Shown here: one piece after another, positions 24,576 through 38,250 of the stretch | Layout of the letters: every line of letters begins with the position of its first letter | Numbering within the stretch: the first letter of the stretch is position 1 | Assembly (NCBI GenBank): GCA_009103225.1 | Contig: RHPI01001965.1 | Span: forward strand, 387,114-451,113 | Source of the DNA: Chlorokybus atmophyticus | Lineage: Eukaryota; Plantae; Mesostigma and Chlorokybus algae | DNA: 64,000 nt | Reading direction: 5' to 3' | Made by a program: the position numbers and the translations under genes | Notes under the pieces: model-generated | The model's database searches: none | What the model was told of the DNA's origin: nothing | What the model saw: only the letters and a program-made list of their open reading frames with translations

Positions 24576-25669
24576 CTAAGCCATGCCCGCGGCATCTGAA
24601 GGCTGCTCACTCGCGCGTTTGAGGGGCTGAATACGGGGCTGAAGCTCCATGACGGAGCGCTTCCCTGCGTACAGATGGTAGATGATCGACTGCCGCTGCG
24701 CCACTGCTAGATCAGACTTGCCCTGCTCAAACCGCCTTGACAACTCCTCTGGTGAAGCCCCCTTTTCCCTGCAAGATTGATCACGCGTCTTTGTTAGTTC
24801 AACGTTGTTCTGACATGGCTTGACCAGTAACATGCCGCATGCAGTATTTGTCTGCGCACATCAACTACTACTGTACAGCTTCCACCGCTTACATGCACTG
24901 CACAACATAGCAGGACGGGACCCCAATATGCATACGCAGTCATGGCAGTAGTCAGCTTGGTAGACATGCTACCGAGCTGGGCTTTGACTGAGGGTGAGGT
25001 GACATACCAAGGCATTTGCTATCACTGCATAGCTATCCTCAGCCCGACAACGGCACTGACAATGAAACCTGTGACTGCTGTTTTGGAAGTCCATCCTGCT
25101 CAAGAACGAACCATCGCTGCTGCGCCCTTGCTAACCGCAGACTAACGCAAACGCATGCGAGTCTTTGCTTGCAGGTGGGCATGCAAAGCTTTCATTGCAA
25201 GCAGCGCGGAAATACCATATGCGTGCTTTTCAAACCTCCAACCGCAGCTTGCTACATATCCATTTGGTCCGCTGCATGCGGTCTTGTGTCGTACCACATA
25301 TGGTTCATCCGATACAAAGCGTAAAAGCAAGTGCTGTTGGTGGCTTGTAGCTAAGCACCTTGAGTGTGTCCCAACTATGCAGATCAGTTTCAAGGCCCAA
25401 GTGCATCCTGTTACAAGCATTTCACGGGGTGCATGTTTAGTAAACAAACTGTCGTGAAATAAAGTAGAGCTGACAGACTCGCGTAAGGATGGGTGCTTTC
25501 ACAACGCCGCTTTGCATGCATGAGTTGTGCAACCCACGCACCTGAAGTCTTCCCTAGCCCGCCGCCTGACATATTCCCTGATGTTGTAGTTGGAGAAGCG
25601 CCTGGCCGTCCTCATGAACGCCCTGAACATGCTGCGCAGCTCCGCAGGGCTGGGCGCCGCCGCCGGCAT
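24576..25669 (-). CDS. LYRM4: LYR-motif protein 4 (ISD11), mitochondrial Fe-S assembly
   Basis: MPAAAPSPAELRSMFRAFMRTARRFSNYNIREYVRRRAREDFR|EK..GKSDLAVAQRQSIIYHLYAGKRSVME; 2 exons. Confidence 0.92.
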
Positions 25670-26809
25670 GGCTGGAAGACTGAGAACACTCACTCAACCA
25701 ACTCAAGCACACTTACACGCAGTCGACTACAAGCCCCGACCTAGCAGCAAGCTTGCCGCCTAACTCGCCGCCGCTGATGCAACCCGCAAGCAGCACGTTC
25801 AGCACGCCGGCACAACACAACAACAAGGCGCTTTGTCTCTAGCGTCTTGCAAGTAACACTCCGCCTCTGCACAGCGCATGACCCTCCACCCTCCACAAGC
25901 TCCTTCACCCTGCCGCAGCCGCCGCCACTGCCACCACCGCCGCCGTCACACGAGATCGGGTGGCAGCTTTTCTTCTCATTCATTCTTGTCTGTTGCACGC
26001 AACTAGTGCAAGCCAGTGGCAGTGTTGCTGTGGTTGTTGCTGTGGCGGGGACGGCGGGAGGTGCGCGCTAGTGGCAAGCAGCACAATCCAGCTTGCTCAC
26101 GCCTGATGAGCCCAAGCACTGCGCGGTTGGTCCATCTTCGGCTCATTGGGCATTGCTGCTCGAGCCAAGCAGTACCGCCAGCAGTGCTGCTTACTCGCTC
26201 CTCTTGTCAATCAGTGCCACGCCGCCCATTGCTTATTTCTTCTTTCCGCTCAAGCTCCGCCTGTGGTGCTACCTGCCGTCTCCTGCCAAAGAGGCAGCGC
26301 AGCCTGTTGTCAGCTGCTTTAACTGCTGCTGCTCGGTACGTCTCCTAACAGCTGCTACATTTGAGAAGCATTTCCAGCATTGTCATTTGAACTTGCGTAA
26401 CACACAATCCTGTTGCTGGACCCACCTCCGCTGTATGTTGCATCAAAGGTAGCATGCTATGTGACTGGCTCATGCAGCGGTTATGTGTGTGTGTGTCTTG
26501 AGTGTATTTGCTGGTTCGCAAACCATTGCAAGCAGCAATAGTTGCAGTCGCTGCGATAAGCCATAAACAGCGTGAGAGGTTATCAAAGGTTACATGTTTT
26601 TCGCTTGCGCCTAAATGGTGTTGCAACTAATCGTCAGTGTAAGTTCTCAACTCGTTGGTGAACCTACCTCTTCAATGCATTCGTCATGCCACAACAACTA
26701 AGAGCAGCTTTCGAGTGCTCCCCATTGTTTGTGAGTTGCATGTGGTTGCATGTGTGCCGTGTTGCTGCCCGCTCATGTGTACAGCGCCTACAGGGTCTGT
26801 GCAACATCC

Positions 26810-29800
26810 ATGGCTGCAACTGCACCAACAGGCATGCAGGACGCCACAGCAGACGGTGGAGCAGCACCCTGGCCGGCCAACGCGCAGAATGCACAGCACG
26901 AAGCTCGTTTGCTGGAGGCGTTCGCAAGCATCCCGAGCATCTCACAAGGGTGGTGCATTGCAAACAGCACAGGTAAGTTCACATCCTGCCAAACACGTAA
27001 CATGCGAGGTTTGTAACTGGGTATACCAACTATTTGCAGGCAGCCAGGATGTTGTGGTGATCCGAAGCCAAAGAAACCTGCCCGCCAATGCACAGCGCCA
27101 ATATATGTCCATGACGTACGTGCCAGCTCCAGCACGAGCAGATGACGAAGACCTCAGCAAGTCCGTCCATCACGCTCCCTTTCCGGTGGAGTTGAAAGGG
27201 GCGGCGCTAGTCAGCCCTTCTCCCTCTGGCCGGCGGCTGCTGGTAGTTCGCGCTGGCCTGCCTGGCGGCAAGCCCGGAGAGACTGATGCTGGATGCACTG
27301 TTGAGTTGTGGAATGCTGGCCGTTTGCTTAAAGAGATCGCAGTTCCAGAAAAAGTACATGGCGGTGTCTATGCTGATGGCTGGTAGGCTACAGGACTAAT
27401 GGTTTGACTGATTGCTTCTAGGTTTGTGCTTTGGACAAAAAAACTTGTTCGTATGCAGGTTTGAAGGCGTTGCCTGGAGCAGTGATGAGAAGCGCATAGC
27501 ATACATTGCACAGCAGCCTCGGCCCGAGAAGCCATCATATGGAGGCGCTAATGTGGTCAACGGTGCAGACAAGGCTGATAAGACCAAAGCTGGCACTCCA
27601 ACATGGAAGGGAAGCAATTTGTGGAACGAAGACTGGGGCGAGCAGTACACAGACCAACAGCAGCCGGGCATCTTTATCCTAGACAGTGACAGGTGAGGTC
27701 ACCAACAATCAATCTGCACCTCTGTGGCATATGTACACATTGCTACAAACAACAAGCTTTTTCTCAGCGCTGCTGTAACACCGGTGCATGGCACGGATCC
27801 AGACATGAGCTGCGGTCAAGTGGTTTGGGCCCCAGATGGCTCGCTGGTGTTTGTCGGGTGGACAGCCTTCTCAACCAACTTCGGCACCCACAGGAAGCTT
27901 GGCATAGTGTACTGCCAGAACCGCCCTTGCTCGCTGTATGCCACACCAGCTCCCACTACAGCTTCAGGTGCTTGATACTCGCATGCGTGTATGCATGTAT
28001 GCCAGTGCAATGCTCATGGTTGTTTACAGGTGACAGCGCTGCTGTTGAGCCGAAGCTAGTAACAGCAAGTTTTCAAAGTGCCTTCTCACCGCGGTTCAGG
28101 TCCGTTTAATAGACTGATGCCTTCTGAGTGTCCATCATTGGTATTGTCAATGAGTCCAGCAGTACACTATATGAAGTTGGAAGGACTCATGGCCCTGGAC
28201 CCAATCGGTCCGTTTTCTTGCAGCATGGATGGTAAGACCCTGGTCTTCTTGTCCACAGAGACAGCAGCCAAGACTGGCGCACACAATGCGACAGCCGCCT
28301 TACATGCAATTGACTGGCCCAGCGTACGTGTTTGCATGGTTAGAGCAGTGACCTGGCAGTGTCCATCACGTAGCTCATGTGCCTCGACATCATTATGTGG
28401 TGCAATTTGCAACATGTTCCAACTGTGACAACAGACTGGGCTTGATGGCGTCGCCGACTGCAAGGCTCGCACAATAATTGCGGTGGTGGACAAGCCCAGC
28501 TCTCCATCTGCCTTCCCAGGCTTGTACTGCTATAAGTTGCCGCGCAACCCTTGGTGTGATGCAAGCACCATTGCACTGACGACAACTTGGGGCAGCCAGG
28601 ATGCAATTATTGCAGTTGATTTGGCCAGTGGTCAGGTAGGAGCAACCATTAGTGCTTGCTCTGTTTGCGGCATTTGCATCCGATGACTGATTACTGGGCA
28701 GCATCTGATGATACAACTGTGGGCTTTGCGTCTTTACATTTACATGTTGTGGCCTGACTAGCATGTTGCTTACAGGTTAGGAGAGTGACCCCTGATGGTC
28801 CAAGTGCAGGCTCATGGCAGCTGCTTGATGTTAACAGGGGTTTGGCCATTGCGTCCAACAGCACTCCTGCCAAGCCTGCAACATTGCATTGCGCACGACC
28901 CATTGGGAATGAACCGTGGCACTGGACTGAGGCTGAAGACCGCACAGAGGCGCCCTTTGCACCAGGGGTATCATTGGCGAACCTGTGCTGTGCGGCAAAC
29001 TGTGTGCTTTGGACTGGTGTTGAGCTGACATACACTGTGTTTGATAGGTTGAGCAAGCCTTGGCGTCACTGCGGTTCAGAGTTATTCAGGTGCCTGTAAC
29101 GCCATCGCGCACGGATGCTAGTGGATCAAGGCACATTGAAGCCATTATAATCAGCAAACAAGGCAACGAGGGTACAAAGGTACATCATGTTACACCCGTC
29201 AACGGACACTGTGGCCATTCAGGTCTGGCTGAACAGCTTCCTTTGTCCAGGCACCAACAATCTTGTCGTTGCATGGAGGACCTCATGCTGTCTTTACCAC
29301 TGGCTACATGATGCCATTCGCATACCTTGCGTCGCTTGACTACAACCTTATTCTGGTTAACTACCGGGGCTCGATCGGGTTCGGGGAGGCTCCTTTGCAG
29401 TCTCTTTTGGGCAACATTGGGCGCCAGGTACTCGTGCTGGTCTTCTTCAATAATTGGTTCTGTGGTCGCTGTGACGATGCAACGCCCACAATGTTGACAA
29501 TTGTGCATCTGCATGTTGTCTGTGTGCGAATTGTGCCAATTGATGGTGCTCAAGTGCTTACTAATGTGTGATAGCACTGCAGGATGTCTCGGACTGCATG
29601 GCGGCTCTGGAAGCAGCGGTGAAGGAAGGGACTGTGGACACAAAGCGCGTGGCTGTCATTGGTGGCTCACATGGCGGGTTCCTAACAGCTCACTTGATTG
29701 GACAAGCTCCCGACCGATTCAAGGCAGCCATCCTTCGCAATCCTGTGTGCAACATCGCTCAGATGTGTGGTGTGACTGATGTAAGTGGCATGCAGGTGCA

Positions 29801-30392
29801 AGTATGTTCCTGGGGTTTACATGTGTGACATTGTGTAGTGTTGGCTGACTGCGTGCTTCCGCAGATTCCAGATTGGTGCTTTGTAGAAACCCTTGGGTCA
29901 GAGCACGCCATGAACAACTACACCGAGGCACCAAGCGCTGATCACCTGAAACGCTTCTATGCAGTATCCCCCATAACATTTATCAACAGGGTGCGTAGGG
30001 TTGATCCTGGTAGAGGCAATCCTTATAATGTGGGCACATAATTTAACTATGATGTCTCCTCACAGGTGAAAACCCCTTCCCTGTTCCTCTTGGGTGCCAA
30101 GGACCGGCGTGTGCCAGTGTCCAGCGGGCTACAGTATGTGTATGCGCTGCGCGAACGTGGAGTAGAGACCAACGTGCTTATGTTCCCCGAAGACACTCAC
30201 GCGATCAACAAGTATGCCAACGTTGCTGCAATTGTTTGGTTTGTCATTGCTTGCAAGACCACAGTTTGACTCGTTCTTAAACAAACGGTACATCGCAGGC
30301 CTTGCAGTGAATTCGACTCATGGCTGCAATCTGCGCAGTGGCTTAAACGCCATGTTGTGGATACGCCTGCACCACCAGCTGATGACGAATGA
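26810..30392 (+). CDS. APEH: Acylamino-acid-releasing enzyme (peptidase S9C)
   Basis: Propeller region (GIVYCQNRPCSLY), LHGGPH, VNYRGSIGFG, nucleophile GGSHGG, LGAKDRRV (Asp), FPEDTH (His); many short introns. Confidence 0.95.
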
Positions 30393-30576
30393 GCAAATTA
30401 CCGAATAGTACATTTTATCCTGTAAACAAATGGCTCATTGCTGAACTGGTTGTCATACCAAGTCATCAAGTGGATGGTTGTCAAGTTTGTGAATGGACAA
30501 TAATGGGCACTTAGGCAACTGCCATGTCATGCTCACAGGATAAAAGTCTTTCAAAGAGTGGTTCCACTGACAATGG

Positions 30577-32856
30577 TTACAATACGGGCTCAGCAATGAG
30601 GTCCAGATCGTCTGTGTCCACTACTTTACACCTCATAATGCTGCCAGGCGTGAACGGTATGATCACGCCAGGTATGAGCACATTGTTGTCAACTTCAGGG
30701 GCATCAGCCTGTGACCTGCACACGGCGACATCATCCTCCATCCTGTCCACCATGACCTCCAGCTCTTGACCGACCTGCTGCGCGGCCCAGACCTCCTGTC
30801 TCTCCCTGAACAGGCCCGTCAGCTCGCTCCGCCTGCTCTGCCTCAGCTTGCGGGGCACCTGGTTCTTCATCTGCGCGGCAGGGGTTCCGTCCTCCTCGGA
30901 GTAGGCAAAGATGCCTCCCCGTTCGAACCCGAACTTCTCAACAAACTGGGACAGGTCCGCGTGGTCCTTGCGCGTCTCGCCGGGAAAGCCGCTGATAAAC
31001 GTGGTGCGCAGCACGACGCCAGGTATCCTCTCGCGCAGCTTCGCGAGGAGGCTCGCCGTGTGCGGCCTCGAAGGCCTTTGCATCCGTTTCAGGACGGGAT
31101 CGCTGATGTGCTGCAGCGGAATGTCGATGTACTTGCAGACCTTATTAATGTCAGCGATAGCATCAATGAGATCGTCTGTGAAGTACGAAGGATAGCAGTA
31201 CAGGAGCCGAATCCACTTGAGCTTCTCTATGCCAGCGAGCGCGTGCAGGAGGTGTGATAGTCGTCTCGTGTCCTTTGCGCCAAAATCCATACCCCACTGG
31301 TTCGTGTCTTCAGCAATCAGGTTGAGCTCCCTCGCGCCACTTGCAACCAACCTTTCCGCCTCACCCACAATGGCATCAAAAGACTTGCTTCTGAAGCGAC
31401 CCCTGAAGCCAGGAATGCTGCAGAACGTGCACGCATGGTCGCAGCCTTCGGCTACACGTAGATACGCTGTGTGCTTGGGCGTGATGCGCCACCTCTCAGC
31501 TTCAGGCCTGAATGGCACGTCGGGCGTGCCCACCATCACGCTCGTAGAGGCATTGTCGCCGCCCAACACACGCGCAATCTGCTCGGGCAAGCTACTGTAG
31601 TTCTCAAAACCCACCACGGCGTCCACTTCGGGCAGCTCGCTTGCTAGCTCACCCGCGTAGCGCTGTGCCAAACAACCCGTCACGAAGAGCCCCTTCGCCG
31701 ACCGCCCCTTCAGCTGACTCGCCTCTAGTATCGCATCAATCGACTCAGTCTTCGCGTCCTCAATAAACGCGCATGTGTTGACTATGACCTGAAACGCCAC
31801 ATATCACATGTCAACACCCGCACATAACTAAGGGAGCACATTCCCTCCTGACAAGTTTACTCACCACATCGGCGCTGCCCGGGTCATCGACAATCCGGTA
31901 GCCATTGCGTTGGAGGTCACCAAGCATGACCTCAGCGTCCACAGTGTTCTTTGGGCAGCCCAAAGCGACGAGGGCCACACTCGCGTGCTGCCAGCTGCTA
32001 GCGGGTGTGGATGCAGTCTCTATGGCATTGGGCTGCACTGGCACTATTGCTGTGGCTTGCGCAGGCCTTGCTGCATTTGTCCTGCATACATGTCCGGGCA
32101 CAACATGTTGTCAACAGACGTCGTTGTGTGAATGACAGGAGATGCAACCGCGCAAGCAACATGACATCATGCACTGACTGTGCCGTGGTGAGGCCATTTA
32201 TAATGGCCAGCAATGTGACACTTACAGCGACTTCAGGCACATAGCCAGACATGACACCAATGCCCAGTTGCCACAATTGCTAGCTTTTCATAAGACTAGG
32301 ACAACTGTTCCTAAGGTATAGTCGCGCATAGAAGCTTTACTTGACTGCAACCAACACCTTCTGTAAACCACATATATGGCATTGGACCAACATGATGCAC
32401 ACGCACCATCCCAATGCCAACTTGACAAGTCTGGCGGATACCTCTTGCAAGCAAGCATTGCACTCCTCAACAATGTTTTGATACGCATGATATGCATCAT
32501 GCGTATCATAACATAGCACCTGCTGCCCCCCCATAAACCAATATGTATTATACAAATGACTAGAAGACTCCGGAAGGCATGCAATCCAGGAAGCAAACAA
32601 ATATCAATGCTTCTGCTGTAATGTACGCACGTCCCTTGACCAATGTATATCATCAACTGACGCCACGCAATGCACACAGTGGCTTCAACAGTAAAGCTCA
32701 GTAGGCAGGTGAAGGCTACTCTCGCTGTTTCTCTTTCCCTCACCTGCGCTTGGGCCTCTTCTGGGCAGTGAGGCTCAGAGACGGCGAGCCAGGCTGCAGC
32801 GCGGCGGAGCGCTGCTTTCCGCCCAGGCACGCGACAGCGCCACCGTGTGCCAACAT
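30577..32856 (-). CDS. rimO: Ribosomal protein S12 methylthiotransferase (radical SAM), probably plastid-targeted; 3 exons
   Basis: [52 protein letters not shown] (CxxxCxxC), [12 protein letters not shown] domain [10 protein letters not shown]; Ala/Ser/Arg-rich N-terminal extension. Confidence 0.95.
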
Positions 32857-33454
32857 CGCGGTGATACCAGTTCTCGCTTGTCAACAACAAGTTGTCGGTA
32901 GACGAGCGCACTAATCACTCCGTCCTCTCCAACACCAACCTCTAAGGCACCACCAGCGCCGCCGCCGCCGCTGTTGGCACGCAGTATTCGCTCCGGCTGA
33001 TGACCGGTTACGCTACAGTCCGCTGCCGTATGTTGGCGGCTGGTTCAATGAAAATACGGTCACTTGGAGGCGTTTCCGGACATGAGCGACGTGTCTTAAA
33101 TCTGGACGCCAACACAGTGCCACATGCACTCGTTGGGCACATTCCAAAAATAATGTTGGACAAAACGAAGGAACCAAGAATTTGTTTGGCACTGGCGCTG
33201 ACATGCGCAAACAAGTTACAATCAAGTTGCTAAGCATGCCAAGCAAATGTTATAAGCTGCCAGTGATACTGTTGAATGCGCAATGGTGTACTCCGCAACT
33301 TTTGTTCTTCTTCACACACGACTTCAAAACTCCTTGCTTACTGTTTCATAAACATGGTTAGAAGCCAACCCCACTCGGTATGGCATTGCTAGTCCGCAAC
33401 ACAGCGTACAAGGGCTATGCCATATTTCAACAACATCCGTCAGACCTTGACACC

Positions 33455-33594
33455 CTGCAGCCAGCAAAACTACTGATTATGAGCAGGGAAGCGCTCAACT
33501 GAGGCTTATCATTGATCAACATCTGCCCTTATGCCTTAGCACGCTGCAGCCAAGGAAACTACTGAGTGTGAGCAGGGAAGCGCTCAGCTGAGGC
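33455..33594. repeat. Two 51-bp imperfect direct repeats, 89-bp period, downstream of the PRP38 stop codon
   Basis: CTGCAGCCA..AAACTACTGA..TGAGCAGGGAAGCGCTCA.CTGAGGC at 33455-33505 and 33544-33594. Confidence 0.85.
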
Positions 33595-33777
33595 CACAAT
33601 GCCATCAGGTTAAAACAACTCCCAATGTTGTCCATCACAACATGGTGACTGCCAGAGCACTCAACTACGATGGTGATGAGTGGGTATGATGCCGGATACG
33701 CCTGCTGGATTGCATCACTCAAGGCTGCTGTGCAAAATTCACAGCAGAGCCGAATATACACGCATGCACGCGGAGTA

Positions 33778-35881
33778 TCACACGCGCAGTGGCTTCAGCC
33801 CAAGCTCGGCACGCAGGCGGTTAGCCTCTGCAATCTCGGCATCCTCGCCGGTAGCATCAGGCTTCTTCTTCTTCTCCTTCTTCTCCTTCTTTTCCTTTTT
33901 CTCCTTCTTCTCTTGGCGCTTCTCATCCTCGGGACTGCAAGCACACACTCCGTTGTTACACAGCACAATTATGCTGCATATGTGAAGCAGCAACACGATG
34001 CCTTGCACATGCACGCATGCAGGCGCTCTCATGGGCACACGTACTCGCACGCACACGAATGCCCCCCACCCGCACATGTACGTGCATGCATATGCTGCGC
34101 ACCTTCGTTGGCGTTTGCGCTCAGGTGATCGCTCAGGCCGCCGATCTCTGTCCCGGTCCCTGTCTCTACCCCTATCTCTGTCCCTGTCCCGATCCCGCTC
34201 CCTGTCCCTGACAAGGTCCCGATCCCTATCTCTATCTCTATCTCTGTCCCGATCCCTGTCTCTGTCATATTCTCTGACCCTATCCCGATCCCGGTCATGA
34301 TCCCTATATCGATCCCGTTCGCGGTCCCGGTCTCTGTCCCGATCCCTGTGGTCTCGATCTCGGTCCCGCTCCGCCTCCCTGTCCCTGTGCCTGTCCACCT
34401 CACGCTCAGGTGCGGGCTCGGGACTGGCCTCGGGCTCATCGGGCTCCGCCATCTCCTCATCAAAGTCCTGTTGCACATGCAGTGTTTGGACTTGCTGCTG
34501 GGGTGTAATACACAAGACACATCCCTTGCCAGTAAAGCTGGTGCAGCCTCTCGGACACTCGACAACCACGACAAAGCAACATGCGTGTGGGCATTGAGGC
34601 ATACTGCCCAAGGAAATGCAGCAAGTGACCAACATATGCGCGCGCGCACACAAGCATGCATCCACCACCCCACCCCCACCCCCACCCCCACCCCACCACC
34701 AGCACCACACACCTCCTCAAGCACGCTAATGCGGGGTTCAAGCGTGCCGGCCGTTTCAAGGACCCAGCGCTTGGGAAGGCGCGGAAGCGCGGTCTCGCAG
34801 CAGTAGTCTCTGTTCAGCAACTCGTCGATAACCTCATCAACATGCGCCAGGCTGAACTCTGCATGTGTGTTTGCGCGTGTTGGCTGACTGTATTCATGTG
34901 AGAGCAAACACAAACTGTCAGCTCAAAACAAATGCTGCGTCATAAACTTACTTCCGTCTTGAGTGCGCTTGCGCAGCTTACGATAATCATTGTAAAGCGG
35001 CTCCAAGTACTGATACACGTCCACGGGTCGCCCCACAAGCCGAAGATAAAAAGCTCCAAGTATGCGGACATACCTGTTGAGAAAAGAGTTACAGGCAATC
35101 AACACAAAATGTAACATATACTTCAAGGCATGGAACACTGTTGTAGCCTCCCCAGCAGGATACCACAAGTTGTTGTTTGGATATCAACATTCATATACAC
35201 TGACATACATATATGTACACAATCGCGCGTGCATGTGTTCTTTTGGTACCCACTTGTAGTCCTCGTTCTTGATGAACTCGACAATGATCTCTTTCTCGGG
35301 TTGGATCTGCAGCATCTTTAGCACAAGGCAAAGGAAGTTTGTGGGCTTTTGGTTGCCGCCAAATATCCCACCAAAGTGATCAAGCTTCATGGCTTTGTCC
35401 ACCAGCGTTTCCGCTGATCAACATCACAAGCTTGATTGATAAAAATGAGACGAACATTTCAAACAAATTGCAAAGATAACAGCCACATGCGTTCATCCCT
35501 CCTAGCCGATTCGGCCCGCATTGCAGTTAAGCTGTGCATAGCTGTGTATGTGCGCGGGCGTGTGCGTGCGTTCATTGACAATGGTGTGTTCATATCTTCG
35601 CTATGCACATACTACTTGATAGAGCATAACAAGGTAGCATGCACATACCACTCACCGTAGCATTTGCAAGTAACAACGAATACAAGCATGCGGGGACGTT
35701 GTTTGTGATCTATGGGACTAGGCTAGCACGGACCCAAACCCTAAGCCTAACCTGTAAGGCCAAAGCAGTCCTCCTTCCAGTAGGTGGCAGCGTACACCTT
35801 GGCGCGGGTAATCTTCTCAATGAGGTTCTGCGGGTTGGTGCCATGCACCGATCGCGCCAGCGGATCTGTCCTGTTCGCCAT
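33778..35881 (-). CDS. PRP38: Pre-mRNA splicing factor 38A
   Basis: [77 protein letters not shown]-repeat tail, [12 protein letters not shown]. Confidence 0.97.
35736..35744 (+). promoter_or_regulatory. Telo-box (AAACCCTAA) in the first intron of PRP38; site II motif GGCCCA upstream at 36035-36040
   Basis: Exact motif matches. The telo-box/site II pairing is an established plant promoter module. Confidence 0.45.
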
Positions 35882-36506
35882 GGCTGTCGCTCACCTCACT
35901 ACCCGGCGGCGGCGACACCCGTCGGCACCCCGCCGCAGCGGCCGCCGCCGGCCACCGCCGCTACTAGATTGCTAGCCTGCTTAACGTCTGCGCAGCACCC
36001 AAACCTAAACCCAGCCTTGATTCAACCTCAACCCGGCCCAAACCTTGAGCCGGTTCCCTACTCAGAAGGGATTAGGCCATTTAACGCAAGGCTTAGAGTT
36101 GCAACTTGACGTTGACCTCACGTCATGAGAGGCGAACTAATCAACGTGATAATAAAGGCAGTGCAGGGTCTTATGTTTAGTGCATCTGTTTAGTATATGA
36201 CACTGGTGCAGCGGTAAATTTAATACACCACACCATCATGTACTCAATACTTTCTATGCATTTTAACAGCATATTATCGTTGACACTGTGGCATGGACAG
36301 ATCAAGCACAACTCACGTGCAAGGCATTCACTGTAACAGCGGTCCATTAATTAATATGGACTAAAGCTTGCTGCATTCCCCCCTCCCCCCACGCCTGCGT
36401 TTCTCAGCTCTCCCTTACGACTGCACCCTGCCCTCTAGCTCTTGGCTCTTCCATGCACATGCGCCGCGGTCGCTACCGTTGGCTCCCTCTTGCGGCTGCT
36501 ATCCCC

Positions 36507-36550
36507 TATGAGCACATTGTTGTCAACTTCATAGGCATCAGCCTGTGACC
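36507..36550 (-). other. 44-bp displaced copy of rimO coding sequence (30673-30716)
   Basis: 42/44 identical, same orientation, immediately adjacent to a single N at 36551. Confidence 0.85.
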
Positions 36551-38250
36551 NCATGTGTAACATGACGCCTTAAGCATTAAGTTGTGTCTGCACATGTCGC
36601 TGCAATAACAGGAGCCACATGTCCAATATATGTCCCGCAACTGCATGTGTTCACTCTGACTCGCTTCCGCCCCCACCCCACTTTCCCCAACTCCCCATGA
36701 CGTTGCCCTTTGCTCCCTAGCTAAGTCCTCCCCACGCATGCCTCCACGATGCAAACTTAGCCTTTGCTAGTGCAGGCTTGAAAGTTGGGAAAATCACCTT
36801 CCTGCTGCTCTCTCCGGCTCCCCACCAGCCCATGCGCCGCTGCCCGGTGCCTTCTCTCTCATGACATGCATGTATGCATATGACAAATGGTGTTGGTCTC
36901 CTCGTTCTATTATCAGAGTGTAGATGCTCCATTGATGCTTGTACGACATTATTTGTAACTTTAAAGTTACAAACAACATGAATTGTATGAAATACAACAT
37001 TTGCAACACATGTATCACCCATTATTACTCAAAACACTGAATGCTGCATGACCACATACAATAAACTGGGAACATCAATGCATTCATCTCAGATTGGACA
37101 ATCACATGTAATGCACCATATGCATTCATTATAAGTTCAATGATGATGGGCTCGTAAAAGGAAGAGGCCGCATATGTATGTAACCTGCCTTGTCTGATAA
37201 CCAATCTTTGCAACCCCGATAATAGAGGTTGAACAAATATCATCGGTAAGCCAGCTGCGATGCGCTTGTGTTTAAGCATTCACCACCATTGATAAGTTGG
37301 CATATCGTGCTTGCATTCGACACGATGTATGCAATGCTTTAATTACATGTTTCTCAAAAATTGTTTAGCATCTATTTCAATCAACGAGAGTACACAAGCG
37401 GAGACAAAGTACATAAGTGCAAATCTAGGTGAAATTTTCAAATAAAAACGTTCTGATAACGATTACATTTACTTGCTTTTGGGCTAACTAAGATATGTTG
37501 TCAAGGCATTTTCTACACTTACAAAGTTGGTATGGCTTAAAGGGCTTACAACTTCTTAGTAACCAGGGTCGCATGAAAGTAAAAATGACAAATTGAAACT
37601 TCAATAAATAGCTTAAGACACGTGTAAACCGTATCTATGCGCTACAGCAGCATTTATGCTTAGTGCTCACATAACTTACAGCACGCAGGATTTCTTCTGA
37701 TTGTCTTCGTAAACAGATTATGTGTGCACATTGACCGGTGCACATACTGGTACGGGAAACTTCATCGCACACAAGTGAGTGCAAGGCAAACAGGCGAGCT
37801 GAAACCTGTATCAGCTAACAATTCCACATGTAGTTAGACCTTTGAACTGGAACTGGTGGTTTTACAACACTTGCGCCTTGGTCAAGCCATTCGACCACAT
37901 GAAAAAGATGTGTGATTGTGCACACCACGCTTACCATGCTCCAAGCACAGCGTGCTCACACCAAACGGCCACGACGGATCACATGACAGCAAGTAAACCT
38001 TTGCGCAACTCCATCTAAGAACATATACAAGTGCTGATTGCAATGCAGCAGGGCTCTCTCGAGCGCGCCACCAAGTGCAGTGTGTGCAGCACTCATGCAG
38101 ACAATCTCCATGACTCGCCACAATTATGTCAGATATGTACAATCGGCTAGCAAGCTTCCCAGTGGAGAACAACCTAAGCTACTAATGTTACAAATACTAG
38201 TACAATTTGTTCATGGCTGATACGGAATACAGCAGCGTGTAGAGCCAGGA

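Noticed and set aside
24942-25457. ORFs nested in the LYRM4 intron
   Set aside because: Short, no motifs, no splice support.
30766-31600. Plus-strand ORFs of 94-163 aa
   Set aside because: Antisense to the GC-rich rimO exon.
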